Shown here piece by piece: positions 38,378-47,975 of a DNA stretch of 64,000 nt. Origin of the DNA: Candidatus Acidiferrales bacterium. GTDB taxonomy: Bacteria > Chloroflexota > Dormibacteria > Aeolococcales > Aeolococcaceae. The translations under genes and the position numbers were made by a program. Every line of letters starts with the position of its first letter. The first letter of the stretch is position 1. The notes beneath the pieces are model-generated. The model was not told where the DNA came from. It was given only the letters and a program-made list of their open reading frames with translations, and ran no database searches. The DNA is taken from NCBI GenBank assembly GCA_035566535.1, contig DATMRA010000130.1, forward strand, positions 170-64,169, written 5' to 3'.

Positions 38378-39751
38378 CTACGTCAGCGCAAATCTAGATG
38401 ACACCGCCGGGTCTTCGTCCGCGTCAGCGAGCCGCGTGGCGCGGACTTTCACCAGGACCAACGCGCCGAGAAGGAAGAAAACCGCGGCGGCGACGAACAG
38501 CACGTGGTATCCCCCAACTCCTGGCACCCCCTGCGCCGGCGCTGTCCGCCCATTGACAGCGTCGACGACCGGCCCGAGCAACGCGGGGGCTGCTGCCTGA
38601 GCGCCCGCGGTCGCGAGGTTGGAGAAGCCAAGGAACTTTCCCGCACGCCGCCTGGGCGCGAGATCAACCATGAACGCCCAATCGACCGACACCACCATGC
38701 CGAAGCCCAGCGCAGCCGGCAACGCGAACAACACGACCTGGGTGACCGACGTGGCGACAAAGAACAGGAGGCAGGCCAGTGCACCGAACAGCGCCGCGGC
38801 CACCAGGACCGGTTTTCTGCCGACGCGGTCGCTGAGCCGCACCGCCGGATACGCGACGGCTATGCCGAAGATGATCACAACGGCGAGCATCGCCGACGTC
38901 GCGGTTTGGGCGGAGCCGAGGTCAAACCCGAACAGACGGTACTGCCCCCGAAAGGCATCGTTGATGTAATACGCGGCGAAGCGCTGAATGCACGCCAGAC
39001 CGGTCAGGATCAGAAAGCGACTCAGCACCACCCAGCAGAAGTCCGGGTAGCGGCGAAACTCCGATGCGTATCCGCGCAGTTTGTGGAACCAACCTCCGGA
39101 GGCCATCCGCGCCGGCGTCGTCTCCGTTTGTTCGGACAGCGGCGATTCGTGGATCCTCGCGACTGTGAGCAACGCCGTCAGCAGCACAACCGACGCAATG
39201 ACCAGGCACGCCGTGCGCGGCTTCAGCGGCCCGGCCGTCACGACGCCGGCAACCTGCCCCGTGAGCGTGGCGACGCCGAGCCAGCCCGACGCCGCTCCGC
39301 GCTGCGCACCCGGCACCGTGTCAGGCAGGAGCCCCTGGTACGCGCCCTGAGCCACGTTCATGAAGAACTGGAGCACGCAGTACACGGCGACGAGAAGCAG
39401 AAACGCCTGCACGCCGGCGATGAGCACGAGGCTGGCGACGGCCCCAAGCGCGCCCACCGCGATCAGCGGCCGGCGCCGGCCCCATCGACTCCGCAGCCGG
39501 TCCGAGAACGCGCCTGCGGCAGGCTGCACCAGGATCGCGACCAGCAGCCCACCCGACTCGAGCAGGCTGAGCGCGGTGTTCTTGCTCCCGGCCGAAACAA
39601 GCAGTGGATTGCCCGGCCCCGGATGCTCAGGCACGAGGATGAACGGCAGCGCCACGGCCAGCAGCGCGCCCCATACGAAGGAGATGCCGAACCAGAACGC
39701 GGCCAGCGTCAGCTGGCGGCGGGTCGTGATGAGCGCCCTGGCAGCAGCCAT
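38378..39751 (-). CDS. MFS transporter
   Basis: 457 aa with 12-14 predicted TM segments and the MFS loop 2-3 motif region (GAFSDRLRSRWGRRRP). Confidence 0.85.
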   Translation of the reverse strand: MAAARALITTRRQLTLAAFWFGISFVWGALLAVALPFILVPEHPGPGNPLLVSAGSKNTALSLLESGGLLVAILVQPAAGAFSDRLRSRWGRRRPLIAVGALGAVASLVLIAGVQAFLLLVAVYCVLQFFMNVAQGAYQGLLPDTVPGAQRGAASGWLGVATLTGQVAGVVTAGPLKPRTACLVIASVVLLTALLTVARIHESPLSEQTETTPARMASGGWFHKLRGYASEFRRYPDFCWVVLSRFLILTGLACIQRFAAYYINDAFRGQYRLFGFDLGSAQTATSAMLAVVIIFGIAVAYPAVRLSDRVGRKPVLVAAALFGALACLLFFVATSVTQVVLFALPAALGFGMVVSVDWAFMVDLAPRRRAGKFLGFSNLATAGAQAAAPALLGPVVDAVNGRTAPAQGVPGVGGYHVLFVAAAVFFLLGALVLVKVRATRLADADEDPAVSSRFALT

Positions 39752-39789
39752 CGACCGAACACTGTACGGCGGAGGCTCCGCTTGGAATG

Positions 39790-39932
39790 GGCGGAGGCGA
39801 TGAGACCCCGGAGGCGGGCGTCACGGAGGCGAGCCGGAACGGCTTGGAGCGAAGGGCGAGCCGAGTGCCGAGCCGCGGGCCCCCAGCGGGGGTCCGACGG
39901 CGTACCGCCGAAGGGTCTTGTCGACTCCGCCC
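39790..39932. repeat. Family-B structured intergenic element, copy 2 (about 143 bp). Core 39821-39900, flanked by the imperfect inverted repeats gggcggaggcgatgagaccccgg and ccgaagggtcttgtcgactccgccc.
   Basis: Core tcacggaggcgagccggaacggcttggagcgaagggcgagccgagtgccgagccgcgggcccccagcgggggtccgac. Lies 25 nt downstream of the csaA-like stop (minus strand). Confidence 0.75.
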
Positions 39933-39956
39933 TATTCCACAGCGCAGGCCGGAGCT

Positions 39957-40319
39957 TCAGCCTATGCGGTCGCCGGGTGAGCAGTCGCGCTCCGGCGTCA
40001 ACAACACGACCTCTTCGCTGCCGTGCTGGTACGCGCCCAAGATCAGGCTCTCGCTGCGCACGGGGCCGATCTGGCGCGGCGGCAGGTTCACCGTGCCGGC
40101 GACCAAACGGCCCACCAAGTCCTCCGGCTTGTACAAATCGGTGAGCCGCGCCGACGACCGCCGCGTCCCAAGTGGGCCGAAGTCGACAACCATGCGGTAG
40201 GCGGGCTTGCGCGCTTCCGGGAACGGCTCGCAGCTGACGACTCGGCCCACGCGGATGTCGACGGCGAAGAACTGCTCGGCGGGAACCTCAGGCAGCGGCG
40301 TAGCGGCGTCCTCTGACAC
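39957..40319 (-). CDS. tRNA-binding protein (CsaA/Trbp111/EMAP-like OB-fold)
   Basis: 120 aa matching the tRNA-binding domain family (FFAVDIRVGRVVSCEPFPEARKPAYRMVVDFG). Confidence 0.75.
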   Translation of the reverse strand: MSEDAATPLPEVPAEQFFAVDIRVGRVVSCEPFPEARKPAYRMVVDFGPLGTRRSSARLTDLYKPEDLVGRLVAGTVNLPPRQIGPVRSESLILGAYQHGSEEVVLLTPERDCSPGDRIG

Positions 40320-40424
40320 GGGTCGCAGTGTAGCCGCGGCCTGTCGCCACCCCGACGAGCACTCGGGAGGCGTCGCAAACTCCTTCTATACTCGCGACCG
40401 CGCCCTCAGTGGTCGGAGGCTAAG

Positions 40425-41126
40425 GTGATCGTCGGAATGCGCGCACATGTCGTCGCCGCCGCAGCGGTCGTCGCAGCCGTCACGCTGGTCGCGTGCGGAG
40501 GACCCTCGAGCGACCCGGGGACTCTGCTGCGTCAGGCGAAGCAGGTGGTGGACAGCGCACCGAGCGCGCACTTCGCGCTCACCAGCTCGCCGGTCACAGG
40601 AAGCGGCCCCTTCATCACCGGGGGCAGCGGCGACATGAAGCGCCCCAACTCGTTCACCGGCTCACTGAGTGTTGATTTCAGCGGCCTGTCGCTGAGCATC
40701 CAGGTGGTTGCGATCGGTGGCGTCTTCTACGCTCAGCTACCCACCAGCACGTCATTCCAGAAGACCGATCCCACCGCGTACGGCTTCGGCGACCCCAGCA
40801 CGTTCCTCGACCCCAACCACGGCCTGTCCAATTTGTTGACCATCTGCACGCAGCCCTCTCTTGGCAGCGACGATCGCAACAACGGCGAGGAGCTGCACGA
40901 GGTGAACTGTTCGCTCCCGGGTAGCGCCGTCGCTTCTCTGCTGACCGATGCGGCTCCGAGCCAGGCGGTGTCAGCCACATTCGGGATCGCCACCACGTCC
41001 AATCAGCTGCGCAAGGTGGTCCTGACGGGGCCCTTCTATATGGGCGCGGGCACCACCACGTTCACCCTGATCATCGACGGGTACGGCAAGAGCGTCACGA
41101 TCACACCGCCGCCAAACGCATCGTGA
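40425..41126 (+). CDS. lprG: LppX/LprAFG-family lipoprotein (LprG-like lipid-binding lipoprotein)
   Basis: Lipobox LVAC after a signal peptide, a GGAGG ribosome-binding site before GTG 40425, and family-typical size. Immediately followed, with overlap, by a 14-TM MFS transporter, as in the mycobacterial lprG-p55 operon. Confidence 0.75.
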   Translation: MIVGMRAHVVAAAAVVAAVTLVACGGPSSDPGTLLRQAKQVVDSAPSAHFALTSSPVTGSGPFITGGSGDMKRPNSFTGSLSVDFSGLSLSIQVVAIGGVFYAQLPTSTSFQKTDPTAYGFGDPSTFLDPNHGLSNLLTICTQPSLGSDDRNNGEELHEVNCSLPGSAVASLLTDAAPSQAVSATFGIATTSNQLRKVVLTGPFYMGAGTTTFTLIIDGYGKSVTITPPPNAS

Positions 41127-42934
41127 GCCGCAGCGCGCTCGGCGATGCCCGCGCTGATCGGGACGCGAGCGGGTCGCTTCGTGCTTCCCGCCGCCTCGCT
41201 GTCGGCATTGCAGCCGGTGGCGTCCTGCTGTCGGCCGCGGACACGTACGTCATCGTGCTCGCGCTCCCCGCAATCATGGGAGACGTCGGCATCGGGCTCG
41301 ACCAGCTGCAGCAGGCGACGCCGATCATCAGCGGTTTCCTGCTCGGCTACGTCGCCGTCATGCCACTGCTCGGCCGTCTCTCGGATCTCTATGGAAGGCG
41401 TCCCCTCTTCCTGATCTGCCTCGCGTTGTTTGCGGCCGGCTCGCTGGTGACGGCGTCTGCGCACGAATTGAACTCTGTCGTCGCGGGCCGCGCACTGCAG
41501 GGAATCGGCGGCGGCGGCCTGGTGCCGGTGACGCTTGCGCTGGTGGCCGACAGGTGGCCGGTGCGCGACCGTGGCATTCCCCTCGGAGTCGTCGGCGGTG
41601 TGCAGGAGCTGGGGAGTGTCGTCGGCCCGCTGTATGGCGCGCTGATCCTCAGCTTCAGCACGTGGCGCACCATCTTCTGGCTGAATCTGCCGTTGTGCGC
41701 CGGCCTTGGCGTCGCGCTCGCATTTGCGCTGGGGAGCCGCCGTCACCCGTCGCGCACCGCGCGCAGGATCGACTGGCTCGGGACGGTCCTTGCAGGAGTT
41801 GCGCTCGTGGCGGGCGCGCTTGCCATCGCCGCACCTGATGCGCTCCGCAACAGCGATGCCGTGGGCGTGCTGTACTCACCGCTTGGCGAGGTGGCGTGGT
41901 TGACGCCGCTCGTCATCCTCTCGCTCACAGCGGCGCTCGCGTTCTGCGCGTGGGAGCTGCGAAGCGCGTGGGGCGGCGCACTCTCTGTGACGCGTGCACG
42001 GGTGGCCGCTTTCACACGACCCGTCGACTGGATCGGCTCCGCGCTCGCTGCTGCGGCGCTTGCGCTCATCGTCGTGTCCTTTTCCACCAGCGACCCGAGT
42101 AGGAGCGCGCTATCGGGCTCGGCTTTGTGGCTTCTGCCAGTCGCTGCGGTGTGCGTCGCGCTCTTCATCTGGCGAGAGCAGCACGCGGCCGCCCCGCTCC
42201 TTGATTTCGGAGAGTTGCGCTCCGCGGGCGCGGTCGGGCCGCTGCTGGTGAACCTCGCGGTCGGCGCAGCCCTCATGGCGGCGCTGCTGGATATCCCAAT
42301 CCTGGCGCGAGTCACTGTTTTCAAGGACTCGCAGCTTGGCGCTGCGCTCGTGCTGCTCCGTCTGCTCATAGCAGTGCCCGTCGGGGCAGTCATCGGTGGC
42401 TGGCTCTCTCGGCGCTGGGGAAATCGTGTCGTCGCGTCAGCAGGTCTTGCCCTGACGACGGCAATGTTCGTGTTGATGAGCCGCTGGACGGCGCAGACGC
42501 TGTCGGATCCCCTCGGATTCACCTGGCTGCACCCCAGCGACCCGGTACTGCTCGCGTGCGGTCTCGGCTTCGGACTGGCGATCGCGCCGGTGAACGCGTC
42601 GATGCTCGCCGCCGTGCGGCCTGCGATGCATGGCGTCGCATCGGCGCTGGTCGTTGTGGCCCGCACGGTCGGCATGCTGGTCGGCATCTCGGTGCTCACG
42701 GCCGTGGGACTGCGCGCGTTTTACGCGGCCACAGCGACCTTGCCGTCGCCGGTCACCCTCTGTCCGCGGACGCCACTCCAGTGCGACGCGTATGACACGC
42801 TGGTGACCAAGGCGGTGGTGACGGAACTGGGGACGGTGTTCGCGGGAGCGGCGGTGTGCGCAGGAGTGGCGGCAGTCCTCGCACTGCTGCTGCTGCGGAC
42901 ACATGAGCGCAGTGGTCGCGTAGCCTATGCCTGA
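41123..42934 (+). CDS. MFS drug:H+ antiporter, 14-TM DHA2 (EmrB/QacA, P55-like)
   Basis: 603 aa with motif A GRLSDLYGRRPLF and 14 hydrophobic segments. Overlaps lprG by 4 nt. Confidence 0.85.
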   Translation: MSRSALGDARADRDASGSLRASRRLAVGIAAGGVLLSAADTYVIVLALPAIMGDVGIGLDQLQQATPIISGFLLGYVAVMPLLGRLSDLYGRRPLFLICLALFAAGSLVTASAHELNSVVAGRALQGIGGGGLVPVTLALVADRWPVRDRGIPLGVVGGVQELGSVVGPLYGALILSFSTWRTIFWLNLPLCAGLGVALAFALGSRRHPSRTARRIDWLGTVLAGVALVAGALAIAAPDALRNSDAVGVLYSPLGEVAWLTPLVILSLTAALAFCAWELRSAWGGALSVTRARVAAFTRPVDWIGSALAAAALALIVVSFSTSDPSRSALSGSALWLLPVAAVCVALFIWREQHAAAPLLDFGELRSAGAVGPLLVNLAVGAALMAALLDIPILARVTVFKDSQLGAALVLLRLLIAVPVGAVIGGWLSRRWGNRVVASAGLALTTAMFVLMSRWTAQTLSDPLGFTWLHPSDPVLLACGLGFGLAIAPVNASMLAAVRPAMHGVASALVVVARTVGMLVGISVLTAVGLRAFYAATATLPSPVTLCPRTPLQCDAYDTLVTKAVVTELGTVFAGAAVCAGVAAVLALLLLRTHERSGRVAYA

Positions 42935-44321
42935 GCGCGTGAGGGCTGTGTTGATCCGCCCGTTGCAGATCGACGACATTCTCGACGCGGTGACGGACGC
43001 CGTTCGCGTGACCGGAATCGAAACCTATCTGGTGGGTGGCTTCGTTCGCGACCGGCTCCTTGGACGCGCGGGCAAGGACCTGGACCTGGTCACGGTCGGC
43101 GTCGAAGGCATACCTGTGCTCGATCGGGTCGCCAGGCAGTTCGGGTGGCCTCCGCCCCAGCGCTTCGACCGCTTTGGCACGGGCCAGATCAGGGGCGACG
43201 GCTTCGTGCTCGAGGTGGTCCGCGCGCGCTCGGAGGAGTACGACCCGGAATCCCGTAAGCCCGATGTGAAGCCCGGCACCCTGGCAGAGGATGTGTGGCG
43301 GCGCGACTTCACAGTCAACGCGCTCTGCCAGACGCTCGACGGACACGTGCTCGACATCACGGGGCGCGGGCTTGATGACCTGCGCGCTGGAATCCTGCGG
43401 ACGCCGCTCGAACCGGGTGACACGTTCGCCGAGGACCCGCTGCGGATGTTTCGCGGCGCGCGATTTGTCGCGCAGCTCGACTTTGCACTCGCCGCCGGCA
43501 TCATCGAAGCGATGCGAGGTCAGGCGCACCGCGTCGGGATTCTCAGCGTCGAGCGGGTCAGCGAGGAACTGCGTCGCATTCTGACGGCGCCGCATCCGAG
43601 CTTCGGCTTCCACGTTCTGCGCGACGGCGGGCTGCTCGATGTGGTGCTCCCCGAAGTGAGCGCGATGATCGGCGTCGAACAGGGCGGTTATCACATCTAC
43701 GACGTGTTCGATCACACGATGCAGGCGCTGGATAAGGCTCCTGCGGACCTGATCACACGCGCGGCGGTGCTCCTGCATGACGTCGGCAAGCCACCGACTC
43801 ACGCTGTCACATCCGACGGCCGCCACACGTTCTACGACCACCCACAGGTGGGAGCGCGCATCACGCGCGAGCTGCTCACCCAACTTCGCTTCAGCAACGA
43901 CGAGATCGCCGCTGTTTGCCGGCTGGTGAGCCTTCACCTGCGCCCGATCCAGTACGACGAAGCGGCCTTCAGCGATGCCGCTGTGCGCCGCCTCATCCGC
44001 GACGCCGGTGATCTGCGCACGGAAATGCTCGACGTCGCCCGCGCCGACACACGTGCATCGTCCTTCCCAACAACACAGGGCATCGACGACCTGGAGGCGC
44101 GCATGGCACGCCTCGACGCAGGCGGCGAGGTCTCACATCTGCGCGATCCGCTGACCGGCGAGGAGATCATGGAAATGGCGGGACGCGGCCCCGGCCCCTG
44201 GGTCGGCAGAATCAAGCGCGCGCTGCAAGACGCAGTGCTCGAGGGCACAATCCCGCCCGGCGACAATGGTTCGGCGCGCCATTGGCTCGAATCGCACCGC
44301 GAGTTGTTCACGGCCGAGTGA
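42927..44321 (+). CDS. cca: CCA tRNA nucleotidyltransferase (PolyA_pol head domain + HD domain)
   Basis: Has GGFVRDRLLGR...DLDL, RDFTVNAL, and a C-terminal HD domain (LLHDVGKP...DHP). Confidence 0.85.
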   Translation: MPERVRAVLIRPLQIDDILDAVTDAVRVTGIETYLVGGFVRDRLLGRAGKDLDLVTVGVEGIPVLDRVARQFGWPPPQRFDRFGTGQIRGDGFVLEVVRARSEEYDPESRKPDVKPGTLAEDVWRRDFTVNALCQTLDGHVLDITGRGLDDLRAGILRTPLEPGDTFAEDPLRMFRGARFVAQLDFALAAGIIEAMRGQAHRVGILSVERVSEELRRILTAPHPSFGFHVLRDGGLLDVVLPEVSAMIGVEQGGYHIYDVFDHTMQALDKAPADLITRAAVLLHDVGKPPTHAVTSDGRHTFYDHPQVGARITRELLTQLRFSNDEIAAVCRLVSLHLRPIQYDEAAFSDAAVRRLIRDAGDLRTEMLDVARADTRASSFPTTQGIDDLEARMARLDAGGEVSHLRDPLTGEEIMEMAGRGPGPWVGRIKRALQDAVLEGTIPPGDNGSARHWLESHRELFTAE

Positions 44322-44356
44322 CGCTCGCGACGGACGAGACTTCGGAAGTCGTGTCT

Positions 44357-44498
44357 GCCGGAGAGCATGCAGGTGGAGCGCGACCGTCACGGAGCCGAGC
44401 CGGAACGGGTTGGAGCGGAGGGCGAGGCGAGTGCCGAGCGGCGGGCCCCCAGCGGGGGCCCGACCGCTGTGTCGCGCGAAACCTGCGTGCTCTCCGGC
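44357..44498. repeat. Family-B structured intergenic element, copy 3 (about 142 bp). Core 44387-44465, flanked by a perfect-but-one 18-bp inverted repeat gccggagagcatgcaggt / acctgcgtgctctccggc.
   Basis: Lies 36 nt after the cca stop. The core hairpin gggcccccagcgggggccc is perfect. Confidence 0.8.
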
Positions 44499-44560
44499 TA
44501 GCCCGCGGCTTGCGGCCGTCCGGGTGTCGCGCTCCCTCGGGAAGTACAATTCGCGGTTCG

Positions 44561-44989
44561 ATGATGAAGCGACTGCGCGCCGCCAAGCAGCTCCTGGTGG
44601 ATCTGCCGCGAAAACTGCGTCTTGCGTATTGCTTGATGCGCGACCCCAGGGTGCCGCCGTACGTGAAGATCGCGTTCGCCGGCGCGCTCGTGCTGATCGC
44701 AACGCCGCTGGTGGACCTGCCTGAAGCGATACCGGTCATCGGCGAGATCGATGTGCTCGCGCTCACCGCTCTCTCCGTGCGACTGTTCATCGCGGCCTGC
44801 CCGCGATACGTCGTCGAGGAGCAGGAGCGCCTCATCCTCGAGCGACGCAGCCGCTTCGACGAAGACGTGCGCCGTGGAGAACGCATTGCTCTGATGCTGT
44901 ATCACCGTGTCCGGCACGATGACGATATCGATGTGCACGCAGCCGCAGCGCCCATTCCGACCGACGTGGCTGCCGGAGCCGCCTCGTGA
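44561..44989 (+). CDS. DUF1232 (YkvA-like) family membrane protein
   Basis: 142 aa with the RDPRVPPYVKIAFAGALVYLISPLDLIPE-type motif (here RDPRVPPYVKIAFAGALVLIATPLVDLPEAIPVIGEIDVL). Confidence 0.65.
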   Translation: MMKRLRAAKQLLVDLPRKLRLAYCLMRDPRVPPYVKIAFAGALVLIATPLVDLPEAIPVIGEIDVLALTALSVRLFIAACPRYVVEEQERLILERRSRFDEDVRRGERIALMLYHRVRHDDDIDVHAAAAPIPTDVAAGAAS

Positions 44990-45432
44990 GAGTGCTGTTT
45001 CTGAAAGAGGTGACCGGAACGGCGAAGGCCGGGGACGTCAAAGAGGTGACGCCGGGCTATGCGCGCAACTTTCTGTTCCCCAAGCACCTGGCTGTGGTCG
45101 CAGACGATCGGGTGGTCGAGCAGATTCGCAATCGCGAGGAGGCCGCGCGCCGACGCGCCGAGAAGGAGCTCAACGATGCTCGCGATGTGGCGCAGCGGCT
45201 GCGCAAGCTGACCGTGACCGTCTATGCGAAGACAGGCGAGGGCGGCCGACTCTTCGGATCGATCACCAACAGCGATGTCGCCCAGCAGCTCAAGCGCGAG
45301 GCGGGAATCGACGTCGACAAGAGGAAGATCGAGATCGATTCTCCCATCAAGTCACTCGGGCCGCACGAGGTGCGCATCGAGCTGCATTCGGAGATCACGG
45401 AAACCCTCAAGGTGGTGGTGGCAGCTCAGTGA
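44986..45432 (+). CDS. rplI: 50S ribosomal protein L9
   Basis: 148 aa: MRVLFLKEVTGTAKAGDVKEVTPGYARNFLFPKHLA... Confidence 0.95.
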   Translation: MRVLFLKEVTGTAKAGDVKEVTPGYARNFLFPKHLAVVADDRVVEQIRNREEAARRRAEKELNDARDVAQRLRKLTVTVYAKTGEGGRLFGSITNSDVAQQLKREAGIDVDKRKIEIDSPIKSLGPHEVRIELHSEITETLKVVVAAQ

Positions 45433-45442
45433 CAACGTCGAC

Positions 45443-46825
45443 GTGACCGTCACGCCGCGGCCCGACATCGCCGGCACTGCCGAGCTGACGGGGCGCGTGC
45501 TTGCACCCGAGATGCGGGTGCCCCCGAGCGATCTCAATGCAGAGCGGGCCGTCCTCGGGTCGATGCTGATCGATTCGGATGCCATCGCTCAGATCCGAGA
45601 GATGCTCGAGCCACAGGACTTCTACGCCGAGCGGCACGCGCACCTGTACAGGGCGGCCGCGGCGCTGGCCGAGCGTGGCGAGCCCATCGACACCGTCACG
45701 CTGCACGACCAGCTGGAGCGTGGCCCGGGAGTGGGACGGGCGGGCGGCCTCGACTACATCGCGGAGTTGAGCCTGGCCGTGCCGACGGCCGCCAGCGTGG
45801 TGCACTACGCCGAGATCGTGGTCGCCCACTCCTTGCGCCGGCGCCTGATCGGGGCCGGCAGCGAGGTGAGCCGGCTGGGATTCGACAGCGGCGTCGACGT
45901 CAAGGACGCGATCGACTCGGCTGAGCAGGCCGTCTTCGCGATCGGCGAGCAGCGGCGGAGTGCCGAAGCGAGCCACATCGCCGGGCTCGTCCGTGAGACA
46001 TGGGCGTTGCTCGAAGAACGCCTCAAGGACAAGAAGCTCGTCCACGGTGTGCCCACCAACTTCTCGCACCTCGATGTGTTGACCCAGGGCCTTCAGCCCG
46101 GTGAGCTCATCGTGCTCGCCGCGCGTCCCTCGGTGGGCAAGACGGCGTTCGCGCTGAACATCGCCCGCAACGCGGCCGTCGTCGCGCGCAAACCAGTGGT
46201 CGTCTTCTCTCTCGAGATGTCGAAGCAGGCACTGGTCCAGCGGCTGATCTGCAGCGAAGCTCGCGTGGACAGCTATCAACTTCGCACTGGTCAGGCAGAC
46301 GCGCACGCGTTTCAGCGAATCGCGCAAGCGATGGACACGCTGACTCAGGCCGATCTCTGGATCGACGACACCCCAGCGCTCACCATCGCCAACCTCCGCG
46401 CCCGCGCGCGCCGGATGAAGGCGCAGCAGGGGATCGAGCTGATCGTCATCGACTACCTCCAGCTGATGCATGGAGGACGCCAGGAATCGCGCGTGCAGGA
46501 GGTGTCGGATATCTCCTCTGGGCTCAAAGCCATCGCGAAGGAATTGCAGGTGCCAGTCCTGGCGCTATCGCAGCTGTCCCGGGAATCGGAGCGACGGGAG
46601 AACAAACGTCCGCAGCTGAGCGACCTCCGCGACTCGGGCAGCATCGAGCAGGACGCGGACGTGGTGCTCTTCCTATACCGCGAGGGCATGCACAACCGCG
46701 AGGTCGATCGATCGCATACCGACCTGCTCGTGTCCAAGAACAGAAACGGCCCCATCGGCGATCTCAAGCTCGTGTTCATCGAATCGCAAACCGCGTTCAG
46801 GGAGCCTTATCTAGAGAGCGAGTGA
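45443..46825 (+). CDS. dnaB: Replicative DNA helicase DnaB
   Basis: N-terminal PPSDLNAERAVLGSML; Walker A GARPSVGKTAFALN; full-length similarity to DnaB with no intein. Start is GTG 45443 or ATG 45512. Canonical rplI-dnaB adjacency. Confidence 0.9.
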   Translation: MTVTPRPDIAGTAELTGRVLAPEMRVPPSDLNAERAVLGSMLIDSDAIAQIREMLEPQDFYAERHAHLYRAAAALAERGEPIDTVTLHDQLERGPGVGRAGGLDYIAELSLAVPTAASVVHYAEIVVAHSLRRRLIGAGSEVSRLGFDSGVDVKDAIDSAEQAVFAIGEQRRSAEASHIAGLVRETWALLEERLKDKKLVHGVPTNFSHLDVLTQGLQPGELIVLAARPSVGKTAFALNIARNAAVVARKPVVVFSLEMSKQALVQRLICSEARVDSYQLRTGQADAHAFQRIAQAMDTLTQADLWIDDTPALTIANLRARARRMKAQQGIELIVIDYLQLMHGGRQESRVQEVSDISSGLKAIAKELQVPVLALSQLSRESERRENKRPQLSDLRDSGSIEQDADVVLFLYREGMHNREVDRSHTDLLVSKNRNGPIGDLKLVFIESQTAFREPYLESE

Positions 46826-46921
46826 CGCATTGGTTGCGTTCGCGTAATGCAACCTTCCGCGCGCTGCGACGTTCTTTAAAGCAGCCCCCTTTTCGGGGAC
46901 GCGAGAGGTCTAATAGAAGAC

Positions 46922-47932
46922 GTGGTCAGGGGCATCTTTAGACGCATGCGCACGGTGATGAATTCGCCGTGGCTGCGCGTGGCCGGCACGCTCGTGGGGA
47001 TCGGGCTCCTGGTCCGCGCCATCGACTTCCCCAAGGCGGTGGTCAGCCTCGGGGGCGCCGACCTGCGCTGGATCGTCGGGGCGCTCGCCCTCACCGCCGT
47101 CGCCGTCCTGGCGAGCGTGGTCGAGTGGGGGGTCCTCATTCGCACAAGTCGCTCCGCGGTGCCCGCACACGCCTCGCTCTTCACCTGGCCGCGCCTCAGT
47201 TCCTCGTATCTGCAGAGCCTGTTCTTCACCCAGGTGATCCCGGCGGGCGTTGGCGGTGACGCCGTGCGAACGGTTGAGATGGGCAAGCACGTGGGTCACA
47301 GCCGGGTTCTGGCCTCTCTGGCCGGCAGCCGGATGGCTGGGTTGCTGGGCATGGCCGCCTGGGGTCTCGCCGCGGCGGTGCTCCTCCGCGATTGGCTCGG
47401 CAACGGGGTCTACATCGGACTCGCCGCCATGGTGGCGGTGATGGTGGCCGTCTGGATGTCCGCACTGAGCGCAGATCGCCTCGGGCCGCATCGACTTGTT
47501 GAGCGCGTCTCTGCCGTGACCGGCCGCGCGGTACACGCTTTCACCGACTCGTTCTCCGCATACCGGCGGCATCCGCACGCTGTCGTCCAGTGCGTGCTGG
47601 TCGGCGCCGTCGGCTGGGGCGTGAACCTCTTTGCCCTCGACTTCGCGGCCAAGGCCATCGGCGTCGACCTGAGCTGGACCGTCCTCGCCGTCTGCATCCC
47701 GCTCGGTTTGCTCGCGGCCCTGGCGCCCTTCAGCATCAACGGCCTCGGCGTTCGAGAAGGCGTTCTCGTCGCACTTCTGGTCCATACCGGCGTGTCGGCT
47801 ACCCACGCGGGAGCCCTCTCACTCCTGGTCGACCTGCAGATGGTGCCGTTCGCATTCATGGGCGCGGTGCTCTGGATGCGGACCCGGCGCATGACCGCCG
47901 CCATCCCCGTCCTGGCGCCGATTCGCTTCTGA
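46922..47932 (+). CDS. Integral membrane protein, lysylphosphatidylglycerol-synthase-TM-region / UPF0104 flippase-like family (paralogue of 7503-8543)
   Basis: 336 aa with about 8 TM segments and a conserved GDAVR motif. Confidence 0.6.
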   Translation: MVRGIFRRMRTVMNSPWLRVAGTLVGIGLLVRAIDFPKAVVSLGGADLRWIVGALALTAVAVLASVVEWGVLIRTSRSAVPAHASLFTWPRLSSSYLQSLFFTQVIPAGVGGDAVRTVEMGKHVGHSRVLASLAGSRMAGLLGMAAWGLAAAVLLRDWLGNGVYIGLAAMVAVMVAVWMSALSADRLGPHRLVERVSAVTGRAVHAFTDSFSAYRRHPHAVVQCVLVGAVGWGVNLFALDFAAKAIGVDLSWTVLAVCIPLGLLAALAPFSINGLGVREGVLVALLVHTGVSATHAGALSLLVDLQMVPFAFMGAVLWMRTRRMTAAIPVLAPIRF

Positions 47933-47975
47933 ACCGGCGGGCGCCGTCAGCCTGAGCGCCTACACTCAGCGGCGC

